64,000 nucleotides of DNA. It comes from Octopus sinensis. Lineage: Eukaryota. The stretch lies in assembly GCF_006345805.1 (NCBI RefSeq), contig NC_043012.1:50530001-50594000 (forward strand), written 5' to 3'. Shown here piece by piece: positions 27,655-41,202 of this stretch; the stretch's first letter is position 1; every line of letters starts with the position of its first letter. The notes below the pieces were generated by a model. It had not been told where the DNA came from. It saw only the letters and a program-made list of their open reading frames with translations, and did no database searches. The position numbers were made by a program, and so were the translations under genes.

Positions 27655-29240
27655 TGTATATATGTATGTAAGCATGTTCTGTTTCTCTTTTTCATCGGGA
27701 ATAACGTTTGATTAGCTACCTCCTTTGTAACCAGGTTGTGGAAGGAAGTATATTGCTTTGTTCATCATCCTTTAAATGTTAAGATAGTATCCCAGATTTA
27801 TATCGTCAATGATATCATGATCACTTATAGCGTACGGATTACGGATTTTTGCTTTATGCCCGAGGACCGAAGTTCAGCCATATTTTGCTTCCGACATGTT
27901 GGCATGTATCCTTTTCAATAATATTAGGTACGAAGCACTACATGTATCTTGCGTACTGGATTTGCAAACTTCTTATCAATAATCTATAGAAATCCTCATT
28001 CTCTTGCATATTTTCATCACATTGTTTTCCAGAGTGTAGCTGATCTCCACCTCAGAAAATGTTCTTTCACTCTGGTCCCACACAACAATATCTTGTTCTT
28101 TTTGAAATTAGGGGCTGTTTTAATTTTTAAGTTCTACCAATATTCTTTTGATCCCTCAGTCTCAAAATAGTCAGCTTTGTAGACATTGTATTTTTGTTTC
28201 TTTTTCCAGAAGTTTTTCGCTGCAGCATTATTCATCATGGAAAGATAATATCTGGAGAACATTCTATCACATTTGGATATGTGGTTAATTTTCTCCGTCT
28301 TGTTCTTGCAGAGCCTACATTAAATTTTGTTGTCTGTCAAGGTTTTCTATGCCAAGCTTTTGACATGATCGATTTTTTCTATGATTTGTGATTTTCCTTT
28401 ACGCATGCGCTATCTTTCCAGTAAACTGGCCCATTTTTTAACATTTTATTTTATCCGTCTGATAAATATATTTTACCAATGTTTCTTGGGAAGTGATCTG
28501 ATTCAGCTATTTTTAAAAAATATTTCTCGAGTCCATCTTAATTTTTGTTGATTTTATGGGAAAAAAATTGGCAAGATTGTGACTTGTTTTCTTTCCACTG
28601 CTGGAAATATGTCACAATTCGTGTTTCATATAGTATTAATGCAAATTTACGACCACAGCCACCATCATGCCTTTGGAAGTGTACCCTGTTTACATTTTCA
28701 TTCATGATGATGCTTCCTGCAAGACTACGTAGATTGTGAGTTCAAGCATCTATCGCATTGGGTTCTTGTAGGGACTAGTTCAGAAGGACAAATGTAGGTG
28801 TAAAGATATGTATTGCAAATGTGTTTTGGGCAATATGTTTGTTGTAAGCTAAGCGTTCTGATGAACATATTCTTTTTAAACTCATGTGGTAATATCCTGG
28901 TACCCTTTTTATTCATCTGTCCACTATATCTAACGTTCTTATCCTAGCTAAGAAACCTATAATCGTCACTTGTACGAAGGGCTATATCATCAAGCCTTTC
29001 ATTTTATTTTTTCTGAGGAAAGCATATTCCCATGTTTTATCGTAATATAAAATTCTCATTTCAACTCACCAAATTCCATTCTAGTGCATGTAGGGAATTG
29101 GGTAATGAGCCCCAGTTGTTTTTTTAAATGGCTGATGTTTGGCCAAACACAGTTTCAGGAAGTCGACGAAGAAAATTGACACTGGAATTTTGCCAAATCA
29201 TTTTTAACATACGTATGTGTGTGTGAGTGTGTGTGTGTGC

Positions 29241-29282
<42 letters not shown>

Positions 29283-29590
29283 ATATGAACTATCGTTTGC
29301 TTAAAACATGTTTGTGAAGTATTTTAACATCTAAAGTCAAATTTCTTGCAGTTATCGTAGCGAAAAATCCTCTCTTATGGTAAAAACAACATATCTGCAT
29401 ATACCGCTTCCATCTAATGGATTCCCAGACAAATGTCTCTCACTTTTAAGTCTTTCTCAATATCTAATGTAGGAGAGAGATAACCCCTCGACAGATTCAA
29501 AGCCGTAGTTTTAACTATAAAAAAAAGAATCCGTGACTGCGTTAAGGCTGTAGATTGCATGGTCGGAATAAAAGCATCAGCATGAACAAG

Positions 29591-29976
29591 TGGAGGCGCA
29601 ATGGCCCAATGGTTAGAGCAGAGGACTCGAAGTGGTAGTATCGAGGTTTCGATTCCCAGACCGGGCATTGTGTGTGTTTATTGAGCGAAAACACCTAAAA
29701 CTCGACGAGGCTCCTGCAGGGGGTCGTGGCGACCCCTGTTGTACTCTTTCGCTCCAACTTTCTCTCACTCTTTCTTCCTGTTTCTTGACTCCGACTTCCT
29801 ACGCAACCGCTGAGCCTGGATGCGCATTCATCCATCTGTCGATGCTCTCGGTATCGGGGTTTGACGTGCTTTCTCTTCTGCGGGTCTTACGAATTGCAAA
29901 GGACCTCGTATCGGACTTCTCCCAAGGGACGAAGACCGCTTCACTCAACAAACAAACAAGCATCAACAAGAAGAAG
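29591..29976 (+). mobile_element. SINE family B, tail type 4
   Basis: B head and body followed by ctccgacttcctacgcaaccgctgagcc...gggacgaagaccgcttcactcaacaaacaaac. Confidence 0.85.
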
Positions 29977-30346
29977 TGACTATGGATAAAGGAAATTTCG
30001 GTCAGTTAAATGTTGCTTCTGACTGTGAATTTGGCGTTACGTCATAAAATTTAAGACCACTTATTCCTAATCACTTCATCGCGCTGATGTTGTTATTTTA
30101 TAATAATACATACTAGCGTATCTCAGTCACCTACTTCAACTGTTTCTTTGTTGAAGCTACAGATTTAAATATGTCCAGAGTTATCGCTCCATTGAAGGAG
30201 GCTAAAGCTAAGTAGCCAAATCGCACCTCTAGAAATCCGTTAGAAGGCATCACTGTGCAGGAAATGTGTAATTACCGTTTTTCCCATAAGAAAGGATTAG
30301 CTTCGACACGGTAACTGACAACAATATGCCTTTAGAAGTAAACATT

Positions 30347-30422
30347 AAATAATACTGTAACTTTAAATAATGCTTTAAATAATACTGTAACTTTAAATAA
30401 TGCTTTAAATAATACTGTAACT
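30347..30422. repeat. 30-bp minisatellite, ~2.5 copies
   Basis: (taaataatactgtaactttaaataatgctt) repeated. Confidence 0.85.
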
Positions 30423-30612
30423 AAACTAAAGAGTGTTTATTCCAAATCAGCACAAAGCGCCAATGGTAGTATAGACTCCCTCCCCAGTTTTCAGTTTTCA
30501 TAGCATTTTCCGATGGCTGTATAACTAAAGAGATGGCGGCGTGGATTTCCACCTTGGCATCTGAAACTCGGAGTTTTATCATGGCTACCGAATAATTGTC
30601 ACACATTACATT

Positions 30613-30646
<34 letters not shown>

Positions 30647-31129
30647 CCGGTGTTGTCCAAACGATGAATAGCCTTCGCGTAAACCATTGGTCCGTTTTGT
30701 TCTCTTACTTTATTATCACCTTATAATCATCTCATAATAATGACCTTTATGATTCGTATTACTACCTCAGTCAATCTAAATGTATATATTTGTCACTACC
30801 TGTCATAAATAACCTTTTTCTATTTGCTTTATGCATTTTCGCTGATTTTTCATATTTTACCCTTACATTCCCACGTGTATTTTATATTTTCTTTTCGTAA
30901 CATATTTCTAATATATATATATATATATATTAGAAGGTTTGAAGATGATGTATATATATTTTATATTAGAAGAAATGAGGTACTCAGAAATTCGGATGGT
31001 TTTATATTTACATATATTTATTTGTATATTACATGTTTTTATACGTCATATAACTTATACCATATATTATATATTAGCGCTTGCATCCATTCTGGTGATT
31101 TTTTCAAATTGAAAATATATATATATATA

Positions 31130-31171
<42 letters not shown>

Positions 31172-31267
31172 TATATATATATACATATATATATATATAT
31201 GTGGTTGTATATATATATATACGTATGTATATATATATATATATATATATACTTATATATATATATA

Positions 31268-31328
<61 letters not shown>

Positions 31329-32116
31329 TTGTATACATATATGTACAATAGGCGATGTTTTCATTTTGTTTTCCTTTGTGACTGAGATAGATTTATCCCT
31401 AATTTCGAAAATATCGCGAAATGATTTATTTAATGAATATATGCATAATATATTTTCATACATCACATTCACTTATTTACCTGGGTTCAACATCGAATAA
31501 TATTTTTACAACTAATCATCATATAAATTTAGATTACTGATTTGATGTTTCAGGACATTGCTTATATGATTGGAACTTCAGGAGAATAGATTTCAAATTC
31601 CTTAAGGATATCTACGAAAAAGACACTTATATGTATTGAAGATTTTGTATGATAATTAATGTATTATTGCAGAAGGCTTGTGGTAGCCCCAAATATTAGC
31701 ATTTGATATACAACTGATTAATTTATCTACAGAGTCGAATCGAAGCAAATCTCAGTATTTCATTGTAATTTTAGATTAGGAAATGATGTTGGTATATGTA
31801 TCTTACTTTTGTTTTTCCTAGTATGCGTTTGTAATATTTGTTACGTTAAGTATGTTCAGAAAATACATCTTCCAACCCATCTCTATCGTTAATTAATTTA
31901 AGAAAATTAATTATATATTAACTCATAACTAAATAATATATTAATTAATTTAGGTTATCATCCTGAAGGCAATTATTTCCTAAGATATATATTCATATGT
32001 TTATGCGTATATATATGTGTGTGTATGTATGTATGTATGTATTATATGTGTATATATATTCACACACACATACATATATATATACATATACATTTAAATG
32101 TGTACATATATATATT

Positions 32117-32178
<62 letters not shown>

Positions 32179-32212
32179 TATATATATACATGAATATATA
32201 TACAATGTATAC

Positions 32213-32246
<34 letters not shown>

Positions 32247-32757
32247 ATATATATATATCGGTGTTTATATGCATATATATACATGATATATTCTTATATT
32301 ATATAATAACATATATATATATATATATGTGTGAGTTTATGTGTGAGTGTATGTGTGTGTGTCCTTATATAATTCTGTGTTCGTCTACATTCCTTCTATC
32401 ATAGAATACGATTAGATAACACAAATTAATATATCTCAAATTGGTTGGCAATTATCTTACACTTCGGGCTTATTACAAGAAAGATGAAGCCAAAATACTT
32501 GGCTATGCTTGTATCATTTGATTTACCCTGAAGTTCGGTAAACAGAAGTAAATAGTTAAGATACGCAAAGTTACCAATTTTGCTTTCCACATTTTATCAG
32601 CTAAAACAATTAAGTCATGGTTTGACACGTGAAATATATAAGTTCTGAGTATTTCGCTAAGTAAGGAGGCTCATTGAGGAAAAGGTTTTCCGATCACATA
32701 TACATATGCATACTAACATACGTTATATATATTCTCATACATATATACATATAAATT

Positions 32758-32873
<116 letters not shown>

Positions 32874-33267
32874 CATGCGTGTATGTTTATGCTTCGCAAT
32901 TTAGCGTAACAATCCTATTGCTGATAACAATCCTACTACAGTTTACTGCGTTGTATCCGTCAACAGAGCCAGGTGGAACGCATTCCTTATTTGGACAGAT
33001 ATATCCACCTTCGTCTGAAGTACTCTATTTAGTGGAACTTCATCCCACAAAAAGACAGGTTACTTTTTATGAATAATATTCTCGCCCATGACAAAGAGGC
33101 ACAAACAAAGTAAAATTTACGGGATTGACACCATGACAATTACTGGTAGTATTGTTCAACCAAAAATATATAAGATCCAACCAATGTAGTGTTGAGCACC
33201 TACTCTCACTGTTCGATATTAGCGCATATATATGTATGTGTGTGTATGTGTGTATGAGCCAATATAC

Positions 33268-33300
<33 letters not shown>

Positions 33301-33564
33301 AGTGTGTGTGTGTGTATGTATGTCTTTGCATATACATATAAGTGGGATGACCACTAAGTGGACATCCATAAGCTAGAAGTCGACTCCCTATGGTCTTACC
33401 GCTAAGAATGGAAGGTTCTCAAGAAAATTTAGTAAACGTCAGAACGTAAGCGAGCAAGACAAATGAAAAGATACAAAATAGAGACATAGATAGATAAATA
33501 GATAGATAGAAAGAATTATAGATAGGTATGCATATGGAATATATATATATATATATCTGTACAT

Positions 33565-33629
<65 letters not shown>

Positions 33630-33858
33630 TATATACATACACACACACACATATATATACATGTAAATGTACCAATACAGAACTTAATATAGTTTTTAAT
33701 TTGGGTGAAGTGTATCAGCTAGAAAAAGCTTCTTGTTTTAAACATTGCGGAATGAAATAGCAACCCGATCGCGGAACCGCAGTAGTGGTTGTATTTTGCA
33801 TTTCGATAGTGCGGATTTGAAAGTCTTCATCAGGTCTTCTGAACCTGTTTGCACGATA

Positions 33859-34092
33859 AGGCGGCGAGCTGACAGAAAGGTTAGCACGCCGGGCGAAATA
33901 CTTAGCAGTGTTTCGTCTGTCTTTACGTTCTGAGTTCGAATACCCCCGAGGTCGGCTTTGCCTTTCATCCTTTCGAGGTCGATAAATTAAGTACCAGTTA
34001 CGCACTGGAGTCGATGTAATCGGCTTAATCTCTTTGTCTGTCTTTGTTTGCCCCCTCTATGTTTAGCTCCTTATGGGCAATAAAGAAATAAG
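33859..34092 (+). mobile_element. Full-length SINE family A
   Basis: ggcggcgagctgacagaaaggttagcacgccgggcg...gagttcgaat...gggcaataaagaaataag. Confidence 0.9.
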
Positions 34093-34439
34093 ATTATTTT
34101 TCAGGTTCAAATGACTGTGATATGTGTACTGTTTGAGGAAATGAGAAATATATATCCGACAATATCTATCGCTTCAAGTCTATCACCATTCACATTTCGA
34201 TGAAATTTTTACCATAATAATTGACATAGTAACTATTTTACGTACATAACAGTGATTTCCTATTATAATCTTTTTATGTATATTGTTACTTGTAGTCAAT
34301 TTTCTGTCAAAAGTCTAAAATTTTTGAAATAGATTCCATTATATATAGTTGTATAAAATTCGCCAATGTCTAATTGAGTGGAACTTCACAAATTGCTATT
34401 CCAATTTATCGGTATTTAATGGATAAGTCTGTCGGAATT

Positions 34440-34900
34440 TTCTTTGCAAGTCCTCTTAGACCAGTCATGTTGATATCATTGATTTTCGCCTGAAATACTT
34501 GTATGTGAACCCCGACGGGAAATATGTGAGTAGAGATGGAATTCCAGAGAATTCAGCCTTTCGGAATGAGTGGTTGTAATAGTGAATATCGACTGTGGGG
34601 TATTGGACACAGCAGGGATAGTGATAGGAGGAGATATGTATAGGTGAAATATACAAGGGTGGGAGTTGTTTGAGTCCATGCAGCTCCAAGGCCTATGGCC
34701 TAGATTTTGGAGTATGTCATTGAATATTTCTATGGTAATTAGCCGGGTGGCACATTTTGGGATAATGTATAAGCTAAATGTGTGTGCAGCAGCGGTATAA
34801 TCCCATATGTGTAAATAAGAGTCCATTGTAGCTCACCTAAATTTGTAGGCATATTGGAGCATGAATATCTTCTTGCACCGATGCAATCATTGTCATGCTA
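34440..34900 (-). mobile_element. Degraded CR1/L2-group LINE 3' fragment
   Basis: Frameshifted minus-strand peptides HYYNHSFRKAEFSGIPSLLTYFPSGF and QVFQAKINDI resemble the C-terminus of CR1-group ORF2 (SFFPRT..LWNSLP..VFP..Y....FK..IN). Confidence 0.45.
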
Positions 34901-34936
34901 TACTACCTATGTTAATGGTATGCTTTCATCAACAGA

Positions 34937-35171
34937 AGGCGGCGAGCTGGCAGAATCGTAAGCACGCCGGGCGAAATGCTTAGCCGTATTTCGTCCGCCG
35001 TTACGTTCAGAGTTCAAATTCCGCTGAGGTCGACTTTGCCTTTCATCCTTTCGGGGTTGATAAATTAAGTACCAGTAACGCACTGGGGTCGATGTAATCG
35101 ACTTAATCCGTTTGTCTGTCCTTGTTTGTCCCTTCTCTGTGTTTAGCCCCTTGTGGGTAGTAAAGAAATAG
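34937..35171 (+). mobile_element. Full-length SINE family A with an 18-bp target site duplication
   Basis: TSD tatgctttcatcaacaga at 34919-34936 and 35173-35190. Confidence 0.95.
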
Positions 35172-38100
35172 CTATGCTTTCATCAACAGATCCTTCTTTG
35201 TTATACCGAAACACACCAACCCGATTACTTTTGAAAGCTCTGGCCAAGTGTTGCACATGATTAAAATCTGTGGTTCTATAACGATAACTGGATAAGAATA
35301 TTGCTTGTTCTCTTGCCGCTGAAAGATAAAACTGACATTTCGCCATACGATGATTCATTCGGAACCTTTGTCAGTGGAAACACTGCGCAAGATAATAAAG
35401 CCGTTTTGTTCAAAGTGACAACTTAGCAGTTACGTGTCACAAGCCATTGTAAAGTACTGATATGCTTACCATGGATAAAAATTGTTCTGTAAAATGATGC
35501 AATTTGTATTTAAAATGTAAAATCTCAATGGTAAATTTACTTGTTTCAGTTGCTTTGATGTCTTAAAGAATGAAAGATATGATTTTAAACAGAATCTCAG
35601 TTTTGCTTATTTGTACTGTAAACATTTGACAAGCTCAGTTATTAATTTCAACTGAAGACGCCTCGTCATTATAATTCTGTTACAACACACAATGTTCTTT
35701 TCAAGTCTCATCTTCTGAGAAATGTGTTCAAGTAAATTGATTTTAAAAAATTGCAATTGATTTAAAGTGGCCTATAGATAATTCCCGGTCACATGGACAT
35801 GGCATGTTTCTCTCGTATCTGCGTTTATACTTGTGATTAATATTGTTAAGTTGCTAACTGTATTTCAACATTTCGATGGCTTAAAAGAAAGGACCAACAA
35901 TTTAGAATTTAAAGTTTTGCCTTCTGTATCTCTAAATCGATATGTCAAGATCTTTTCAGAATATATTTGTTTTGAGTTCTATATTAGCCTTCTTTGCCTG
36001 ATGTTTTAGAGGCAATTTGTCTTTAGTTAAAAATCTCTGCTGTTATTTAAGCCATTTGGCATGATTTTGTATTGCAAATGCAACGAAATTTTCCAATCCA
36101 TAATATCCTCCCAGTAGACTGAGAAATTTCAGCGAAAACCTATGAAAGAAGAGGTTTCCAGCCACGGAAAATATCTACATACTTTATTTCTGTTGCTTTT
36201 ACATCTTCGTTGTTAGCTCTTATTCGTCGTCATCAGCCCCGCGAAAATTATACGAGGGAGTGGAATTTAAGACCAAAGAGATATAATTTAGAAATGAAAC
36301 CGCCAACCTGTCACATAGCAAAATCCAAGTTTATAGGACATTCATTTAGAAAACAGGATATAATTATGAGATGTAACATGTAAAACAAAAACCCACTTTA
36401 GTTAATACTTAGTTCCAGTTCAGATTACTTCTACATGGCAGCATCTTCATGATCATTTTGACCACCTAGAAATAACTCCCAAAATAAAGGACGCATTAGA
36501 CAGAGTAGAATATATGGGATAACGAAGAATGTGTCTTTTACGAGAGGTCTCTTTTTTCAAAGTTCATCTCGGTTCTTGCACCACCACAGGAGTAGCTGCG
36601 TTCTGATACGTTTTTGAACCAATGGGAATGTTTTATGGGAGATCTCTACCTCTTATTGACTAAATGAAATCCAATTGTCCTTTAAATGGAAATATTAGCT
36701 AATTCAGTAATTAACGAGAGCAAAATCTTCTGCAAGTCCCACACGAGTATTTACAAAACTTGTACGGAGACATTAACTTGCCTAGTGTTTCCGCCAATAT
36801 AAATAACAACCAAATAATCCTGAGATAGTGAATATCATTGTGTGTCATGCATTATTACTATAAACAAAGTCAAACGGCCATGGTTAGAAAGCTCTTGATA
36901 GTAATTTTAGTTTTCAGACCTAGCTCATAGGGGATTTAAAAAGAACACGAAAAAAAAAAAAAAAAACAACAGCAAAAATGACCCCTAACACCTGTACATT
37001 CTCATCGGAGGTGGTAGTTTAATTATATATATATAAGTAGCATGTTTTATTTGGGCATAAATCTTCGTGACAGTCCTGATTCATCGAATAATGTCACCAG
37101 CGGAAGAAATAGGATATAATCTATAAAAGGGGAATTGAAACTGGTTTGCTAATTTCTGTTTTTCACACTGAGAGTATACAAGTGTTATTCTATTCTAACC
37201 GTTTACTTTAAATAATGCATTTCCTAAGGGCTTCAGTGTTTTCCGTCGATAGATACCAAATGATTTTTAGAAACAATAATAAAGGAACAGTTTGAAAACA
37301 CAATATATAGACAAGGGCTACTACCCAGATTTATAGAAAACAATAACAAAAAAATCGACGACTAATTTTAGCAGTATAGCACATTAATTAAAGATTTGTC
37401 TAAAAGAGAAAAAATACAATAAACGTAATTTAGATATACTTGATTTATCTCAAATCTAATGGAAGTCTGAAAGAAATCAGTTCTTGTCATATATTTCTAT
37501 AATTTCTTGTTTTTGTTGTTTCCTCTATTTCATCAAGATTACTTAATTGAACACGCCGAGCTGTACATTATGTTATTCTTTGTTTTCTTTTATCTCTCTG
37601 ACAAGCTCTTTTTTGTCCCTGTCTTGATATATATACAATAGTGGTTGTTGGACAAAAACTAATTCAATTGAGAATGTAATACTTCTGGCCATACTGCATC
37701 AAGTGTATTGGTTGCATCCTTTCAATACGACAAAATTGTGTGCCATCATCAAGCACAAATTCGCTTAAAAATACTCATGGGACAAAGGGAAAAAATCCTA
37801 TCACACGATTTGTTTACATAGTTTGGTTCGTGATAATCAGCAAAATTATATTAATGGTGTATTTTCATTCACTTGCGACCCAACGGTGATTTTGTTGCCT
37901 GCTAACAAATTCGAATGGTTGTGTGATAGAACCAGCGTGTTTTTAACGATCAATGAACGTCCAGTGCAGCCATCATTGTATTCTCGGCGGAGATGATCTA
38001 TATGTATATACAATCATGTTCACACAAAGAAAGCTTACGCATACTCAAACACATCTACACACAGGCACCTACACCACATGCCTACACACATATACAGATA

Positions 38101-38849
38101 CGTGGTTGCGATGGTGTACATATATATATATATATACGTATGTACGTGGTCCTTGTAAACACTCACATACATGTATATGTACATATATATATATATATAT
38201 ACATATAAACACATTTGTATGCGTGTGTTTACAAGGACCACGCACATACGTACACATAGACGTATATCCAAACACAAACATACATACGGCTATGTGGCTT
38301 TGTGTGCTGAGGCCTGTATGTATGAATGTGCGTATGATTCAGCTTGGTGCATTCAATGAAGAGAATTGTCGATAATACTGAAGCATTGAACAAACATACA
38401 ATGTACGGTTACATTCCTATGAGACGATCGTTGCAGAAGGATCAGCCGGCTCTTGGTGTCATCCTGAACGTACTGTTCTCAATTCTCATTGTTCTTGCCT
38501 TCTAAAATAATTACGAGATGTGACACAAGTACAGTATAATCACGTTTCGCTCCATTCGCGATGTCTAGTTTTATTTTCGCTATCAAATATATTGAGTAAG
38601 ACCTATTGATTGCATTGCATTAGTTTTGTCTCTTTTTTTTCTTCTTCTTCTTTATTATTATTCTTTTTGGTTATTGTTTGCCTTTTATTTGCTTTTTGTT
38701 CAACAACGTTTGTAAGAAATTCTTCTCCCATATGCAGTCACGTGGTAATTTGTAATCTGTTAAGAAAACATCCGGGTCCTGCTGAGAAACACAAATGCAT
38801 TGTTATATGTTGCAAAGCCTGCATGAAATACATAATTCCTACAACTCAA

Positions 38850-38927
38850 GAACAACAACAATAACAGCAACAACTAAAACAACAACTGCTGCTACTACTG
38901 TTGCTACTACTACTACTACTACTACTA

Positions 38928-38982
<55 letters not shown>

Positions 38983-39214
38983 GTTGCTGCTGCTGCTGCC
39001 ATTACTGCCGCTGCTGCTGTTGATACTGTTGCTGTTGTTGCTACTGCCGCTGCTACTACTACTAATACTACCATCACCATTACTACTACTACGACGACGA
39101 CGACAAGGATAGTTACAACAACTACAGCCGCTGCTTCTACTGCTACTACTACTACTGCTACTACTTCCATTACTACCACCACCACTACTACTACTACTGC
39201 TACTACTACTACTG

Positions 39215-39252
<38 letters not shown>
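38850..39252. repeat. Compound (CAA)/(CTA)/(CTG) trinucleotide tract
   Basis: Direct read; explains the poly-T, poly-L and poly-V ORFs. Confidence 0.95.
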
Positions 39253-39256
<4 letters not shown>

Positions 39257-40194
39257 ACTTTAATGTTTATGATGATTAATAAGTTAACATATCTTGGTGA
39301 CGAGTTTTCGTTTAAAACGGGCTCAGTTTTTTGGCAGGTACTTTGATTTATTGATTTCCGATAAATAAAAAGAAAGCAGGTGTAGGTGGGTTTTAAACAC
39401 AGAATTTATATAAATATAGGTTTAAACATAGTGCTGAAACGATTTTGCGAATCCTCAACTGCAGCCGTCAACAATATTAATGACAACAACAATAGCAACA
39501 ACACTAAACTCGATAACAATAATAATAGTTTCTCGGTACACGGCGAACTGGTTTGAGATGACGGTGTCAGTCGATACTGTAACCTGATAGAATATTTTGG
39601 TGTCCTGAAAAGCAAAGTTGGCCAGGGCAGGATTTGAACTCAATTTTCAAGAGCCGAAATAAATGCTGCAAGGCATTTTTTTCGGCACTTTTTACAGTTC
39701 TACCATTCCAACTCTGTATTATCAATTATATTAATTACAAGAATAATAGCAACAACAATATTAATAACATCAACAAAACAAAAGTTTTCTTGCTGTTTTG
39801 GACAGAACAACGACGAAATATTTAATAGTGGGCAATTTACAGCAAATAAAATTGTGAAATCAATAATAACATTGAAAAACAGACAGTAAAAATTGCAATG
39901 TTTTAATTTACAAGTTATGTAACACAAACGATGAAGGAGGTTATCAGTCTATATTGCTGTATTCATTTATATATTTTAGAGTTAGAGTTGCCATCATTTT
40001 CCCCAAATCACCACTGTCTTTCTTCCCTAAAGGTATGTAAAAGTAGTAAAAAGAATTTGCAATCCGAGTGTTTGCGAGTGAGTTGGGCTTTGAACCAGAT
40101 ATTCTGTTTAAGTAGTTAGGGCATTGTTGTGCTTGACGATTAAGCCTTTGTTGTTTTAGATCTCTCCAAGCTTACCTCCATTTATTTCTACATT

Positions 40195-41202
40195 GCTCAC
40201 AAGGGCTAAACATAGAGGGGACAAACAAGGACAGACGAAGAGAGTAAGTCGATTACATCGACCTCAGTGCATAACTGGTACTTAATTTATCGCCCCCGAA
40301 AGGATGAAAGGTAAAGTCTATCTCGGCGGAATTTGAACTCAGAACGTAAAGACAGACGGAATACCTATTTCTTTACTACCCACAAGAGGCTAAATACAGA
40401 GAGAACAAACAAGGATTTAAGTCGATTATATCGACCCAGTGCGTCACTGGTACTTATTTAATCGACCCCGAAAGGATGAAAGGCAAAGTCGACCACGGCG
40501 GAATTTGAACTCATAACGCAGCGGCAAACGAGATACCTGTTTCTTTACTACCCACAAGGGGCTAAACACAGAGGGGGCAAACAAGGACAGACAAACGAAT
40601 TAAGTCGATTACATCGAAGCCAGTGCGTTACTGGTACTTAATTTATCGACCCCGTAAGGATTAAAGGCGAAGTCGACCTCGGCGGAATTTGAACTCAGAA
40701 CGTAGCGGCAGACAAAATACCGTTAACATTTCGTCCGGTATGTTAACGATTCTGCCAGCTCGCCGCTCTAAGAAGTGTATAAAATGTTAATCTCTTTATT
40801 GCCCACAGGGGCTAAACATAGAGGGAAAAAACAAGGACAGATAAAGGAATTAAGTTAATTACATCGACCCAAGCGCGTAATTGGTACTCATTTAACCGAT
40901 CACGAAAGGATGAAAGGCAAAGTCGACCGCAGCGGAGTTTGAACTCAGAACGTAACGCTACACGAAATACTTATTTCTTTACTACCCACAAGGGGCTAAA
41001 CACAGAGAGGACAAACAAGGACAGACGAACGGATTAAGTCGATTACATCAACCTCTGTGCGTAACTCGTACTTAATTTATCTACCCCGAAAGGATGAAAG
41101 GCAAAGACGACCTCAGCTGAGTTTGAACTCAGAACGTAACTCTACACGAAATACCGCTAAGCATTTCGCCCGGTGTGTTAACGATTCTGCCTGCTTGCCA
41201 CC
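40195..41202 (-). mobile_element. SINE family A multimers (trimer 40195-40766, dimer ~40792-41202)
   Basis: Five copies of tttactacccacaagggg...ggaatttgaactcagaacg; the full head appears only at the distal end of each multimer. Confidence 0.9.

Larger units (their letters stand above)
26230..28950 (-). mobile_element. Penelope-like retroelement (degraded RT, recognisable GIY-YIG endonuclease, 3' non-coding pLTR region)
   Basis: Endonuclease frame described below. Upstream RT relics (YLYTYI ~ SLYTNI; KGMMVAVVVNL ~ KGTAMG...ANL) carry stops and frameshifts. A (TA)n tract interrupts at ~27620-27665. Boundaries are approximate. Confidence 0.85.

Noticed and set aside
30925-30990. ttgaagatgatg...agaagaaatgaggtactc, HHR-like
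   Set aside because: The core is altered and the stems cannot be assigned. Similar partial matches at ~22870, ~31530-31580 and ~36230 were rejected for the same reason.
35245-35335. Possible minus-strand exon (ttttatctttcag|CGGCAAG...AAA|GTAATC)
   Set aside because: Two frames are open, there is no recognisable protein motif, and no partner exon was found.
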